A stretch of DNA of 64,000 nt from Deltaproteobacteria bacterium (GTDB lineage Bacteria; Myxococcota_A; Polyangia; Fen-1088). Position 1 is the stretch's first letter. Every line of letters starts with the position of its first letter. The position numbers and the translations under genes are program-made. Below, piece after piece: positions 38,373 through 49,300 of the stretch. The stretch spans positions 174,291 through 238,290 of the forward strand of contig JANRKS010000035.1 in NCBI GenBank assembly GCA_033763315.1, in the 5' to 3' direction. The notes under the pieces were generated by a model that was given only the letters and a program-made list of their open reading frames with translations, made no database searches and was not told the origin of the DNA.

Positions 38373-38562
38373 TTAAGTCGCCCGATCCAGCAGCCGTCCG
38401 AGCGCTGCATGGACGCGACTCACGATCTCACGATGAGCGTCCACGGGTGGCGCACTATGTCCGCATGCGGCACAAGGCGCCGGGTCGGATGTCGTTGAAT
38501 TTGTTATAGAATGTCCGCTCACGTCCACGAGTGTCTCGATGACAACTTCGGGCTTTTTCGTA
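38373..38562 (-). other. Cryptic integrase C-terminal coding segment, joined to int only in the excised attP circle
   Basis: Same frame through the attR core (LRGGRDLN), then 62 open codons TKKPEVV...CAAC...LLDRAT*. Confidence 0.7.
38419..38523 (+). repeat. CTCACG(AT) repeats, candidate right-arm integrase sites
   Basis: CTCACGAT x2 at 38419-38434 and CTCACG at 38518; reverse complement of the CGTGAG core near attL. Confidence 0.4.
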
Positions 38563-38585
38563 TTCAAGTCCCGTCCACCCCGCAA
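38563..38585 (+). repeat. attR core (duplicated tRNA-Asp 3' end)
   Basis: TTCAAGTCCCGTCCACCCCGCAA, identical to 5475-5497. Confidence 0.95.
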
Positions 38586-38590
38586 GTTAG

Positions 38591-38621
38591 AAGCGAGATC
38601 GTGAAAGCGGTCTCGCTTTTT
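38591..38621 (+). terminator. Intrinsic terminator, probably the displaced tRNA-Asp terminator
   Basis: AAGCGAGATCG-TGAAAG-CGGTCTCGCTT-TTT hairpin with U tract, 5 bp after attR. Confidence 0.8.
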
Positions 38622-38841
38622 GCGTTTCGGGGGGATGTGCGGCCACCGCCATGGCCAATCAGCGACGCCCGGATGACGCGTGGTCGAAAGTCCGAAGCGG
38701 ACTGGCCCCCTAGCCATTGGTTCTCGCACGGCCGACACCACCGCTGCGCTGGCCGTCCCAACACGAGCCTCGAATGGAATTGCTCGATCGTCGCCCGGGC
38801 CATCCGTGGTACTGTCGGTAGCCCAAAAGAAGCATTGGCAA

Positions 38842-39420
38842 ATGGAAACCTCCGACGGCTTGAGCAACGAACAACTCGACCTCATTCTGGCGGTTCAATT
38901 GACTGTCGCTTGGGCGGGCGAATCGGGCGGCGATCCTCCTCGGTTGGGGTGGTGGGAAAGCGATCTGGTTGACGCCGACGCCGCGGGCGATCTGTTTTCC
39001 AGGCTGATTCCCCGCACCCAGAAGTGGGCAGGGCTTGAGGCCGTCCGCGCGGCCGCCATTCGCATCGACGATCGCCGGCGAGCCGCGCTCGCCACGCCCG
39101 ACCGGTCGAGGACGCTGTTTCACTTGGGCTTTCGTACGGATGAACGTTTGCGCGATCGCTTGCTTTTTCACAAACGGCACAACGCCGCGCCGGCCACGAT
39201 CTTCGGCAAAGAATTTGGCATCAGCGATAACCACTCGTTGCCAGCGTTCGAGGCTTACTTGAAGCAGTTTCCTGAAGCGCAAACCAAGGTCATTCCTGGC
39301 GCTCGTGAAGTGACGACAATCAGCAAACACCTAACGGAACAAGTCACACAGCTGGCCTCAGCGCTGCTGCCCATCAGCAAGGAATACCCGCTACCCTTCC
39401 TTATCGCCGAGGGCTCGTGA
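38842..39420 (+). CDS. brxE: BREX type 6 BrxE protein
   Basis: LDLILAVQLTVAWAGE...RLGWW..DLVD...TLFHLGF; first gene of the BREX-6 gene order. Confidence 0.8.
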   Translation: METSDGLSNEQLDLILAVQLTVAWAGESGGDPPRLGWWESDLVDADAAGDLFSRLIPRTQKWAGLEAVRAAAIRIDDRRRAALATPDRSRTLFHLGFRTDERLRDRLLFHKRHNAAPATIFGKEFGISDNHSLPAFEAYLKQFPEAQTKVIPGAREVTTISKHLTEQVTQLASALLPISKEYPLPFLIAEGS

Positions 39421-40190
39421 GCACGAAGGCATCGCTCGCCGAATTCACCGCTCCGCACACTCACATCCTGAAGGTGATGTTGGTGGTGGAGGATAGCCAC
39501 CAATACTGGCGCAATGTGGATTTGCGTGTGCCCTTTGAGCAGCGCGCGGCTCAAGCTTTTCAGGGCCGGTGGTTTGGGGCCAAAAGCGAGGCGCGAGTAA
39601 GCAATCTCGTTTCCGTGATGGGCAACCGATTCGATGCCTTCCCGGATGCCCTCGCCCTGTTGCACAGTTGGGGGACGGTTCCCGCGCCGATCCGACCCTG
39701 GATCTGCCACTGGCACACTCAGCTTTCCGACGTCATCTACCGGCGATTCACGGGTGAGTTCCTCCCCGATCGGCGCGATTCGGGAATTGTGGACGTGGAT
39801 CGCGATGCGGTTGCGCGTTGGGTGGATGCGCAATTTCCAGGCAGATGGACCCCCATCACGTGTTTTAAGTTTGCATCCAACATGCTTTCGGCCGCGCACG
39901 AAGCCGGCCTGATCAAAAATTCACGGGACCCGCGGCAATTTCAGCGCCCTGTTGTTCCTGACTTGGCGTTGGCTTACCTGCTCTACCTCCTTCGCAATGT
40001 CCGCATCGCTGGCACCCTGTTTGCCAACCCGTACCTTCGCTCGGTGGGCCTCGGGCCGGAAATGATAGAGGACCGCTTGGCCACGGTGCCAGGCATCGCC
40101 TACCGCAGCCTCGGCGGCGTCTTCGAGCTTGAATGGCAGTTCAATGGTCTTCGTGATTGGGGCAACCATGCCCAAGGCGCCATCGCATGA
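39417..40190 (+). CDS. brxA: BREX BrxA (DUF1819) family protein
   Basis: Position between brxE and brxB, coupled at both ends; ICHWHTQLSD..YRRFT, LSAAHEAGLI. Confidence 0.75.
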   Translation: MSTKASLAEFTAPHTHILKVMLVVEDSHQYWRNVDLRVPFEQRAAQAFQGRWFGAKSEARVSNLVSVMGNRFDAFPDALALLHSWGTVPAPIRPWICHWHTQLSDVIYRRFTGEFLPDRRDSGIVDVDRDAVARWVDAQFPGRWTPITCFKFASNMLSAAHEAGLIKNSRDPRQFQRPVVPDLALAYLLYLLRNVRIAGTLFANPYLRSVGLGPEMIEDRLATVPGIAYRSLGGVFELEWQFNGLRDWGNHAQGAIA

Positions 40191-40840
40191 GCACATTCCA
40201 TCACCCCACACGACTGGCCACAGCGGTCGAAGCCTTGCGCAAGGATCTACTGCTCGAAGGCGGGCCGCGGATTGCCACGTTGAGAAACTACAACTTTGCC
40301 ATCCTTCCCTACGATCCAGCCGCCGAGTTTGAAGTGCGAGAGCGGATACATCGGCTGTGTCAGGACCTTCGTGAAAGCGGGTGGAATACATTCACCATCG
40401 CGCTCAATCGGTTGCTCCTTCGCCGCTTGCGAAGCTTGGGCAACGAGTATCTTGAAAAAACGATCAACCGAGAAAAGCGACTGTTTGAAAAGGGTTTAGA
40501 GCGTTCCCTTGAACATCTGAAAAGCCAGGTTGTAGATGAACTTGAGGGGCCCAATGGCCTCGCCGCGGATGTCGTGAAAGAAATCGAGCGATTCATGAGC
40601 CAGCCCGCCCAAGACGGCACAACGTCCCTGTCACCGGAACGCACGGTTATCTTCATTGGCCGCGCGGGTTCGCTGTTCCCATTCTTCCGAACGTCCTCGC
40701 TTTTGAAGCACATGGCAGACCACACGCACAACCTGCCCGTGGTGCTGCTTTATCCAGGCAAATCGGTTGGTGACACCGGCCTTTCGTTCATGGGCGTCCT
40801 ACCAGCCGACCGCGATTACCGTCCCCGCATTTACCGCTAA
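40187..40840 (+). CDS. brxB: BREX BrxB (DUF1788) family protein
   Basis: FAILPYDP..EF, GSLFPFFR, VVLLYPG, LSFMG..DYR. Confidence 0.85.
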   Translation: MSTFHHPTRLATAVEALRKDLLLEGGPRIATLRNYNFAILPYDPAAEFEVRERIHRLCQDLRESGWNTFTIALNRLLLRRLRSLGNEYLEKTINREKRLFEKGLERSLEHLKSQVVDELEGPNGLAADVVKEIERFMSQPAQDGTTSLSPERTVIFIGRAGSLFPFFRTSSLLKHMADHTHNLPVVLLYPGKSVGDTGLSFMGVLPADRDYRPRIYR

Positions 40841-40849
40841 AGGTTCATC

Positions 40850-43800
40850 ATGCTCATCGGCGACATTTTCGAGAAGAACGTCACGCGTGACATTCCCCCG
40901 GTGGTTTATTTCCACGAGCAGACGCCCGCGAAGCTTGCGGATGAAGTGGGCGAATACATCATCACCGGCGGGTATGGCAGCAACGACCCGAGGGCCATCC
41001 GCAACGACGGAGGCATTCACGAGCAGTTTGTCCGCCTGCTGACATCGATGTGGGAAGAGCTCCGCAAGCCCGGCGGTGCCGACCTCCCCGCGGTGTGGAT
41101 CTCGGGCTTTTATGGCTCTGGTAAGTCGAGCTTCGCAAAACTTTTGGGCTTGGCGCTGGACGGCGTTGCGCTTCCGAGCGGAGCGCCCCTTTCGGAAGCA
41201 CTGCTTGCCCGCGATTCATCCCCCGCCCGCCAAGCCTTCGCGGATGCGTGGCACCGATTCCGTGAAGCCATCACGCAGCCGATCGCCGTTGTCTTCGATG
41301 TGGGCAGCGCGGCCCGAGACAACGAACACATTCACAATGTGGTTTTGCGTGAATGCCAAAAGCGTTTTGGATATTGCTCCACCAGCCACCACGTGGCCGA
41401 TTTTGAACTGAGCCTAGAATCCGATGGCGACTATCCCGCCTTCTTGGACTGCGCCGCCAAGGTACTCGGGCGCCCGTGGTCTGAGATGAAGAACAAGAAA
41501 CTGGCGGAAGATCACTTCTCAGAGGTGATGCATCACTTTCGCAGCGCAACCTACAAAGATCCGATGAGTTGGCTTGATAGCCGCGCCGGCTCTCTGAAGC
41601 TTAGGTCTCCAGAAGAAGCGGTAACCGACATCGCCACCATGATGGCGAAACGCTTTCCTCAGCGCACGTTGTTCTTGGTGGTGGATGAAGTCAGCCAATA
41701 CGTCCACGACAACGAAGATCGCATGTTGCGTTTGCAGTCCTTCGTTTCGGCACTGGGGCAGCGTCTCAAAGGCGGGGCGTGGTTGTTGGCCACGGGTCAA
41801 CAGAAGCTGGAAGACGGCGCCGCGGCGAAATCTCCGTTAAGCAAACTCAAAGACCGCTTCCCGGAGAAGCTTCGCGTTCATTTAGGAACCGCCAACATTC
41901 GCGATGTTGTACACAAGCGGTTGTTGGCCAAGCGCCCCACTGTGGTGCCTGAACTACGCGAGCTTTTCCAGCACCACCGCGCGGACCTGGCGCTTTACTC
42001 CTTCAAAGGGGATGAAGTCAGTGAATCAGAATTCATCGACATTTACCCGATGCTGCCAGGGCACATTGATCTGCTGTTGGCGATCACAACTGGCTTACGG
42101 GCACGTTCCTCACGCATACAGGGTGATTCCCACGCGATCCGCGGCTTGCTGCAACTGCTGGGGGAAATTTTCCGCTACCAGGGCAGCGCGTTCACACGTT
42201 ACGAACTGGGCTGCCTGATAACGATTGACCGCATCTTTGACGTTCTTCATACGTCGCTCGATTCGGACATTCAAACAACCTTGAACCGGGCTTTGAACTA
42301 TTGCTCGAAACAGCAAGATGTTCTGGCGGCGCGAACGGTGAAGGCCGTTTCGTTGCTTGAACTGATCTCCGAAGAGCGGAAAACGGACGCCGATCTCATT
42401 TCTCGGTGCTTGTACGAAAAGCTGGGGGCGGGATCACAAGTTGACGCGGTTCAGTTGGCGTTGGACAAGCTCAAGGCGGAAGGCCTGCTGGGCTATTCCG
42501 AAAAATCCGGCTACAAGATTCAGAGCACGGCGGGTGAAGAATGGCAGCGCGAACGCGATGACTACGCCGTGGGGCAAGAGCGCCTAAGCGATGAAATTCA
42601 AACAGCTTTGAAATGGCTGTTGGCAGACGTCAAGAAGGTCGCCTTGGAAGGCATGCCGTTGCCGTGGCAAGCGTTCTTCTCGGATTCACTGGGCACAAGC
42701 GACGCACGCATCAACAGGGAAGCAAGCCACACCGTTGTGAATGTGGATTTTCGCTTCGTGAGCCGTGAGGAGCGAAAAGCAGAATTGTGGGTTCCCCGCA
42801 GCGATGCTGTGTTTCCGGATCGCATTCTTTGGGTGGCAGGAGACATTGATGATCCACGCCAGGCGGCACGCAAACTGGTGCAATCCGCCCGATTGGTGGA
42901 ACGTTACGATGGCCGGGAAGCCACGCTGGTCCCTGAAAAGCAGCGACTGCTCATTGAAGAACGCAATCGAAGGGACGCTCTGGTCAAGGATCTGAAAACG
43001 GCGGTGGAGGCCTCTTTCCTGGCGGGAACTTTTTACTTCCGCGGGCGCCAGCAAGAAGCGCGCGACGTAAGCGCCGGTTTCGCGCAGGCGCTGGAGCAAT
43101 TCGCCCAGGGCAACTTGAGAGCCATTTACCCGCACCCAGTTACCTATAGCGTTACCCAAAAAGACATCGATTTCTTGATCGACAACCGCGACTTGCAGGG
43201 GCCGCCGCAGGTGCTTGGCCAAAGCCGGTTGGGCATTCTGGCCCTTGATGCGGGCCGATACGAAGCCACATGCGAGGGCGTTGTGCCGGCGGCGGTGAGC
43301 AAGTTGATCGCTTCGCAACCGGGCATCGGGGGCAGCAGCCTGTTGGAACACTTTGGCAGCCCCCCGCATGGCTATACGACCGACATCGTTCGCGCATGCT
43401 TGGTTGGCTTGCTGCGCGGGCACAAAATTCGCGCGCGCGCACCTGGGATCGGCGAGATCACCAGCGTCCGCGATGAAGGAACGCGTGAATTGTTCGCGGA
43501 TCGAAACCTGCGAAAGGCCGAGTTCTTCATCAACGCCGATGAAACGTTGGCTCCGCGTGATAAGGCAGCGATTTGCCGCTTGTTTCAAGAGCATTTTGGC
43601 GAAGACGTGCAGCGGGACAACGATGCGATCGCTGACGCGGTGGCGAAACACTTTGTTCGCGCGCGTGAATGGCTCACGGACATTGAGCAACGCTTTCGAA
43701 AGCTGGGGGGCACGGTGGACCTGCCCCCTGCCCTGGTCAAGTTGGGCTCAGCCTTGGAGAATTGCCGCGCCAATCGCCAAGTTGAACCCACGGTTAAAGC

Positions 43801-44512
43801 AGTGAAGCGCAACTTGGATGCGCTTCGTGATGGCCTGCACCAAACCCGGAGGTTGCTGACGGATCTTTCCGACGAAGCCATCTTGGGCTTGAGAAGCGCG
43901 CAGGACGTCCTGCAGATTCTTGTGCCGCAATTGCAATCGGTCTACGCGTTGGCAGCGCCGGCCGGGGCTGAGGGGAAAAGCGACGCCCAGCTGGTGTTTC
44001 TGAAGAACGTGGCTGATCTGAAGGATTGTTTAGCGGCACCGCAAGCATGGACAAATTTGGTGGCGCTTTCGGCCCACGCGCGTGACATTCGCAAAGAATA
44101 CGAGGCCGCCCGAAAGGCCATCCTGGATGCCCACCAAAGCCAGATCGAAGCTTCGGTGGATGCGATGAAACGGCGTAAGGGGTTTGATACCTTAAGCCCG
44201 GATCAGCAGCACCACGTGTTGCGCTTTATCCGCGAAGGGGCGGCCTTGCAAACGTCGGCATCCGCAGTGGCTCCTGGGCTTGACGTTCTTGACGTTCAAT
44301 TTGCCCAGCAGCTGTCGCGTGCGGAGCAGCGAGCTTTGGCAACATTGGATGGCTTGCTCGAAGACATGGGCCAACCAGCCACGGTCACGGTTGACCTGGG
44401 ATGGCGTGGGCGAGAGATCAGCACCGAGCAAGATCTGCTGCGGTTCTTGGCCGAAGTTGAAGCACGCATACGCGGTGAGCTGGCGGCCAAGCACAAGGTT
44501 AGGTTGCAGTAG
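40850..44512 (+). CDS. brxC: BREX P-loop ATPase BrxC
   Basis: WISGFYGSGKSS, LVVDEVSQY, ATGQQ, KLKDRF, YPMLP; 1220 aa. Confidence 0.92.
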   Translation: MLIGDIFEKNVTRDIPPVVYFHEQTPAKLADEVGEYIITGGYGSNDPRAIRNDGGIHEQFVRLLTSMWEELRKPGGADLPAVWISGFYGSGKSSFAKLLGLALDGVALPSGAPLSEALLARDSSPARQAFADAWHRFREAITQPIAVVFDVGSAARDNEHIHNVVLRECQKRFGYCSTSHHVADFELSLESDGDYPAFLDCAAKVLGRPWSEMKNKKLAEDHFSEVMHHFRSATYKDPMSWLDSRAGSLKLRSPEEAVTDIATMMAKRFPQRTLFLVVDEVSQYVHDNEDRMLRLQSFVSALGQRLKGGAWLLATGQQKLEDGAAAKSPLSKLKDRFPEKLRVHLGTANIRDVVHKRLLAKRPTVVPELRELFQHHRADLALYSFKGDEVSESEFIDIYPMLPGHIDLLLAITTGLRARSSRIQGDSHAIRGLLQLLGEIFRYQGSAFTRYELGCLITIDRIFDVLHTSLDSDIQTTLNRALNYCSKQQDVLAARTVKAVSLLELISEERKTDADLISRCLYEKLGAGSQVDAVQLALDKLKAEGLLGYSEKSGYKIQSTAGEEWQRERDDYAVGQERLSDEIQTALKWLLADVKKVALEGMPLPWQAFFSDSLGTSDARINREASHTVVNVDFRFVSREERKAELWVPRSDAVFPDRILWVAGDIDDPRQAARKLVQSARLVERYDGREATLVPEKQRLLIEERNRRDALVKDLKTAVEASFLAGTFYFRGRQQEARDVSAGFAQALEQFAQGNLRAIYPHPVTYSVTQKDIDFLIDNRDLQGPPQVLGQSRLGILALDAGRYEATCEGVVPAAVSKLIASQPGIGGSSLLEHFGSPPHGYTTDIVRACLVGLLRGHKIRARAPGIGEITSVRDEGTRELFADRNLRKAEFFINADETLAPRDKAAICRLFQEHFGEDVQRDNDAIADAVAKHFVRAREWLTDIEQRFRKLGGTVDLPPALVKLGSALENCRANRQVEPTVKAVKRNLDALRDGLHQTRRLLTDLSDEAILGLRSAQDVLQILVPQLQSVYALAAPAGAEGKSDAQLVFLKNVADLKDCLAAPQAWTNLVALSAHARDIRKEYEAARKAILDAHQSQIEASVDAMKRRKGFDTLSPDQQHHVLRFIREGAALQTSASAVAPGLDVLDVQFAQQLSRAEQRALATLDGLLEDMGQPATVTVDLGWRGREISTEQDLLRFLAEVEARIRGELAAKHKVRLQ

Positions 44513-44514
44513 GG

Positions 44515-46203
44515 ATGGCGGGCGTTCGAGAACCACCGCCAGCGCACGCGCCTTTGCCCGAACGTGAGAGTTTGCACGTTGAGTTCAAAAGCGATCGCAA
44601 GCCCTTGGCAGACAACGACCTTATCGAGGCTGTTGTTTGTATGGCCAACGCTGAAGGCGGCAGCATTTACCTGGGAGTGGAAGATGATGGCACACCTACG
44701 GGAATCAGTGACAAACACGCAGATCCTTTGCGCTTGTCGGGCCTCGTGGCGAGCCGCACGGTGCCGCCGGTTGTTGTCAGGGTGGATCTTGTTTCGGTAG
44801 GCGATGTTTCCGTTGCACAAATCCAGGTTCCTGCGGCGTCGCGAATTGTTGGAACCACGTCGGGCGTCTACCGGCAGCGCCGAATCATGGGCGACGGGAA
44901 ACCCGGCTGCGCTCCGATGCATCCTTCTGACCTGGACTCGCGATCTTCGTCTTTAGGCATTCTGGATGTTACGAAGCGGCTGATCTCGGAGGCCACGCTT
45001 GATGATTTAGATCCTGTTTGGCGTGCACGTCTGCCGCAGGTGATCGAAGAGAACCGCGGTGATGCGTCGCTTTTGGCGATCGACCAGCAACAACGGGACG
45101 CAGCGCTGGGGCTGATCTCCAGACAGCCGGACGGGCGTTGGGTGCCTACCTTACTGGGGATGTTGTTGGTGGGCAGAGAATCTTCCTTACAGAACTTTGT
45201 GCCTACGCACGAAGTGGCGTTTCAAGTGGTGGAAGGTTCCGATGTTCGAACGAACCTTTTCTCGCGCGCCCCTTTGCTACGCATTGTTGAATGGCTTGGC
45301 ACCGTGATGGAGCCCGTGAACCCTGAACAAGAGTTTTTCAGGGGTCCCTATCGGGTGGGAATTCCCCGCTTTGATCGACTGGCCTTCCGCGAAGCGGTGG
45401 CAAACGCATTGGTTCACCGCGACTACAGCGTGTTGGGCACCGTATTTGTTCGGTTGCGGGACGATGTTCTTTCGATCTCGAACCCTGGGGGTTTCATCTC
45501 AGGCGTTGGAATCGACAATCTATTGAGCACTGAACCGCGCGCAAGAAACCCGGCCTTGGCCGATGCGTTCAAGCGATTGGGGTTGGTTGAACGCAATGGC
45601 CGCGGGGTTGAATTGATCTACCGAGGCCAGCTTTTGTACGCGCGGCCCCTGCCCAGTTACGCCCAAAGCACGCCCTACACCGTGGTGTTGCGGATTCCGT
45701 TTGCAGCGGCAGACGCTGTATTCATGCAAATGATTCTCGAAGAAGAGACGCGCCGCAGCCGGCCGCTCCCCATCGAAAGCCTGATTGCTTTATCGACGCT
45801 ACGGCAACACAAGCGATTGTCGTCACCTGAACTGGCAACCCTCATTCAGCATGACGCTTCCAACGCAGCGGCTGTGCTTGAGGCTTTGCGTGAGCTGGGC
45901 TTTGTTCAGTCGCAGGGTCGAGGCAAAACATCCACATACATTCTTTCGCCTTCAACCTACGAGAGGCTGGGCGGCAAGTCCGAATACGTCCGCCAAGCAG
46001 GCTTCGCGATACCCCAGCAGCGTGCCATGATCCAAGAATACGCGGCGTCGCACGGAGCGATCACAACTGCGGAAGCGATGGAGCTTTGTGGTCTTTCCGA
46101 AGACCAGGCACGCAGGCGCCTGAAGGACCTTGTGGCTGAGGGGAAGCTGGTTGAAGGGGGCGCGAGAGGCAACAGGATCTACTCTCGGACGCAGCCAGAA
46201 TGA
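44515..46203 (+). CDS. AlbA_2 (Schlafen-like) + HATPase_c_4 + HTH protein
   Basis: ESLHVEFKS, MANAEGGSIYLGVEDDG, REAVANALVHRDY, NPGG, RNPALA; C-terminal winged HTHs. Confidence 0.85.
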   Translation: MAGVREPPPAHAPLPERESLHVEFKSDRKPLADNDLIEAVVCMANAEGGSIYLGVEDDGTPTGISDKHADPLRLSGLVASRTVPPVVVRVDLVSVGDVSVAQIQVPAASRIVGTTSGVYRQRRIMGDGKPGCAPMHPSDLDSRSSSLGILDVTKRLISEATLDDLDPVWRARLPQVIEENRGDASLLAIDQQQRDAALGLISRQPDGRWVPTLLGMLLVGRESSLQNFVPTHEVAFQVVEGSDVRTNLFSRAPLLRIVEWLGTVMEPVNPEQEFFRGPYRVGIPRFDRLAFREAVANALVHRDYSVLGTVFVRLRDDVLSISNPGGFISGVGIDNLLSTEPRARNPALADAFKRLGLVERNGRGVELIYRGQLLYARPLPSYAQSTPYTVVLRIPFAAADAVFMQMILEEETRRSRPLPIESLIALSTLRQHKRLSSPELATLIQHDASNAAAVLEALRELGFVQSQGRGKTSTYILSPSTYERLGGKSEYVRQAGFAIPQQRAMIQEYAASHGAITTAEAMELCGLSEDQARRRLKDLVAEGKLVEGGARGNRIYSRTQPE

Positions 46204-46207
46204 CGCC

Positions 46208-46361
46208 ATCGGTCACAGATGAATGCTGCGCACGGTCACAGATGACCACGACGGTGGTTCTGGGCGCAAAACTCTAGTTCCTTCAATAGTTACATGCACT
46301 TAGTGACCTTCTAAGATTCTTCCGGCACCCGCACAATGACTCAATCGGTCACAGATGACCG
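46208..46361. promoter_or_regulatory. Three CGGTCACAGATGA repeats (GGTCA-N4-TGACC palindrome) upstream of pglX
   Basis: Copies start at 46210, 46233 and 46346; copy 3 is CGGTCA-CAGA-TGACCG. Confidence 0.55.
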
Positions 46362-46382
46362 CAGGCAAATCACAGCGAAACC

Positions 46383-49300
46383 ATGTCCAACCACCTTTTC
46401 GATAGCAGCACCAAAGAGGCCCTTCGCAAGACCATTCGGGGGTTGCGGGGGCGGCTTATTGACCAGCTGACGGCGGCGGCCGAGGGTGAATACCGGCTGA
46501 GTTTGCCGATCGAAAAAGCAAAGCTTCCTGAGGGCCGCAGAATTCGGCGGCAGCGTTTGGAAGACTGTTTGGATGAGCAAGCCCGTGGGGAGCTGCGTGG
46601 TGCGGGAATGCCGGATGTCCCGGCGAAGGGGAAGCGCAAGGCAAGTTCGAGTGCGGGGGTGGATGCGGGCGCTTTGCGAACGCGTTTGCTGAACCAATCG
46701 GTGAAAGAGGCGGCTTATACGTTGCTGAACCGCTTGCTGATTGTGCGCATCATGGAACACCATGGCTTAAGCAAGCCGGCGGTGGTGACGGGTGGCTGGC
46801 AAAGCGCGGGCTATCGTGAATTCGCGCCGTATGCGGGTGCTTTGACGGGCGACGATGCGCTTGGTTACGATCTTTTGCTGGGGTTGCTGTTCGATGAATT
46901 GGCGTTAGAGCTGCCGGGGTTGTTTGGGGCGGTGGGGCTTGTGCCTTTGTTCCCGATACCGGCAGCAACGTGGCGTGATGTGATCGATTGCTTGAACGAC
47001 AGCAAGCTTGAGGCTGCTTGGGGCGAAGACACAACCTTGGGGTGGGTGTATCAGTTCTGGAATGATCCGGAACGGGAGGCGTTAGACGACAAGATCGCGG
47101 GTGGTGGCAAGATCTTGCCGCACGAGATCGCCAGCAAAACGCAGATGTTCACGGAGCGCTACATGGTGGAATGGCTGCTGCAAAACAGCCTGGGCACGAT
47201 GTGGCTGCAGATCTGCAAGAAGAATGGCTGGGCGGCTGATTTCGAGGGCATTCGTGGGGGGCTGCAAGCGCGTCGCGCGGATTGGCGGGGGAAACGGGAA
47301 CGGGGGGAAGTGGCACTGGATGCGTTGATGCCTTTGCACGATGCTTTGGAGAATCAGTGGAAATATTGGGTTGATCAGCCTGTGCCTGATTTTGATGCAC
47401 ATACGCCGGGGAGCGTTCGGGATCTGAAGCTTCTGGATCCGGCTTGTGGCTCGGGGCACTTCTTGGTGATCGCGTTTGATTTGCTTGCGGCGCTTTATGC
47501 GGAGGAGGCGCGGCACCGTAGTGAAGGTTTTGATGCGGCGGAGGTTGCGCGGGGGATCGTGCACAACAACCTGCACGGGGTTGATATTGATCCGCGTGCT
47601 GTGCAGATCGCGGCTGCGGCTTTGTGGTTGAAGGCAAAGCGGTTTGCGCCTGGGGTTCGGTTGGATCGCATGAATCTTGTAGCGCCTGTGTTCAAGCTTG
47701 CGGGACTGGGGGGTGATGATCCGGCACGTTTGCGTTTGCAAAGTGATCTTGAGCGCGAGGTGGGCATTCCGAAGGCGCTCACGGATGCGTTGCTTTCGGG
47801 ATTGGCGGGCGTTGATCACTTGGGCACTCTGTTGCGGGTGGATCGTGAGGTGGAAAAATCGTTGGCTGCTTATCAAGTGGCAACGAAGGGGGGGCCGAAG
47901 CAGGGGAACTTGTTTACGGGGATGCCGGCGCAGCAGCTGAAGTTATCGGTGGAAGACGCAAAAGAAAGCGTGCTCGATAAGCTGGGGGCGTTTCTTGATG
48001 CGCATCAGGCGGAGCAGGATTTGGGGCTGCGTCTTGAGGGTGAGCAGTTGGCGGCGGGCGTGCGTTTTGTGCGGCTGGTGCGCGAGGGGGCGTATGACGT
48101 GGTGGTGGGGAACCCGCCGTATCAGGGCACAAGCAAGATGGATGAGGTGGAGTGGTTCAAGAAGCATTACCCGCGGGGGAAGGCGGACCTATATGCGTGC
48201 TTCTTGGAGCGCGGGCTTGAGCTTGTGCGCGAGGGTGGAGTGAGTGCGTTGTTGACGATGCGCGGGTGGATGTTTTTGAGCACGTTTACGGAGTTGCGTG
48301 AGCGGTTGCTGGGTGGCCTTGCCGTTATCGCCGACTTGGGTGTAGGGGCCTTTGACGAAATCGGTGGAGAGGTTGTGCAGGTATCGCTTACCGTGACAAG
48401 GCGAGATACCTATTCGGGCAGCTCTGCGGCGGTTCGCATTGAATACACCCGAGGCTACAAACGAATCGGGCGCGCCCCCATCGCAGCTTCATTGTATGCG
48501 CACGACCGCCTCTACACATTCGACGCGAGGAAACTCGCCGGCATCGAAGGCACCCCAATGGTCTATTGGTGGGACAAGAAGTTCCTTGATGAATACATCG
48601 CCGCCCCGAAACTGGGAAATGTCGCGGCCGTGCGCCAAGGGTTGGCGACCTCAGATAATGTTCGCTTTCTTTTGCGGCCCTGGGAGCAGCACCTCCACTC
48701 TATTGGGACTTTGGGTGCCCCAATGGTTCCCTACATAAAGGGCGCTGCGGGCAGGAGTTGGTTCGAGCCACTCGAAGAATCCATCAGGTGGCAGCGCAAC
48801 GGACTCGAAGTGAAAGTCTATGCTCAGGCGCTCTACGGTAGTTACACCCGTACAATTAAGAACGAAGAATTCTATTTCCGTAAGGGTATTGCGTTCAGCT
48901 CGACGGGATCGATTTGTCGAGCGCGTTACCACCGCTTTGCGAGCGTTTTTGATGTAAAGGGGCAGTCCGTATTCCCGGACAATCCACATCAAGTTTGCCT
49001 AGCTATGAACACCTCGTTCGCGGGGGAGGTGCTTGAAGCGCTGAATCCATCGATCAGTTTTCAGGTTGGTGACGCCACTCGGATGCCTTTGCGTCCGCAA
49101 GCCCTTACGGAGCAGTTGTGGGCTGTGATCGATGGTGCATTCTCTACGCACGAATCCCACCGCGAGCCTTCCGTAGAATTCAAACGCCCCGGCCCATCCC
49201 CATGGCGATCCGCACAAGCCTGGGCACAACTCGCTGTTGATCGCGAAAAGGGCGCACCACTTCCCCCATATACCCCCGAACTCGATCCCCCCGATCCCGA

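Noticed and set aside
38563-38585. Second tRNA-Asp gene
   Set aside because: Only the last 23 bp (T loop to 3' end) are present, with no D or anticodon arm; this is attR.
38373-38885. 170-aa minus-strand ORF as a stand-alone gene
   Set aside because: It spans attR, the terminator and the brxE start; only the part left of the core makes sense, as the attP integrase tail.
44515-46203. recG helicase
   Set aside because: Lacks SF2 helicase motifs; this AlbA_2/HATPase_c_4 family is often mislabelled RecG.
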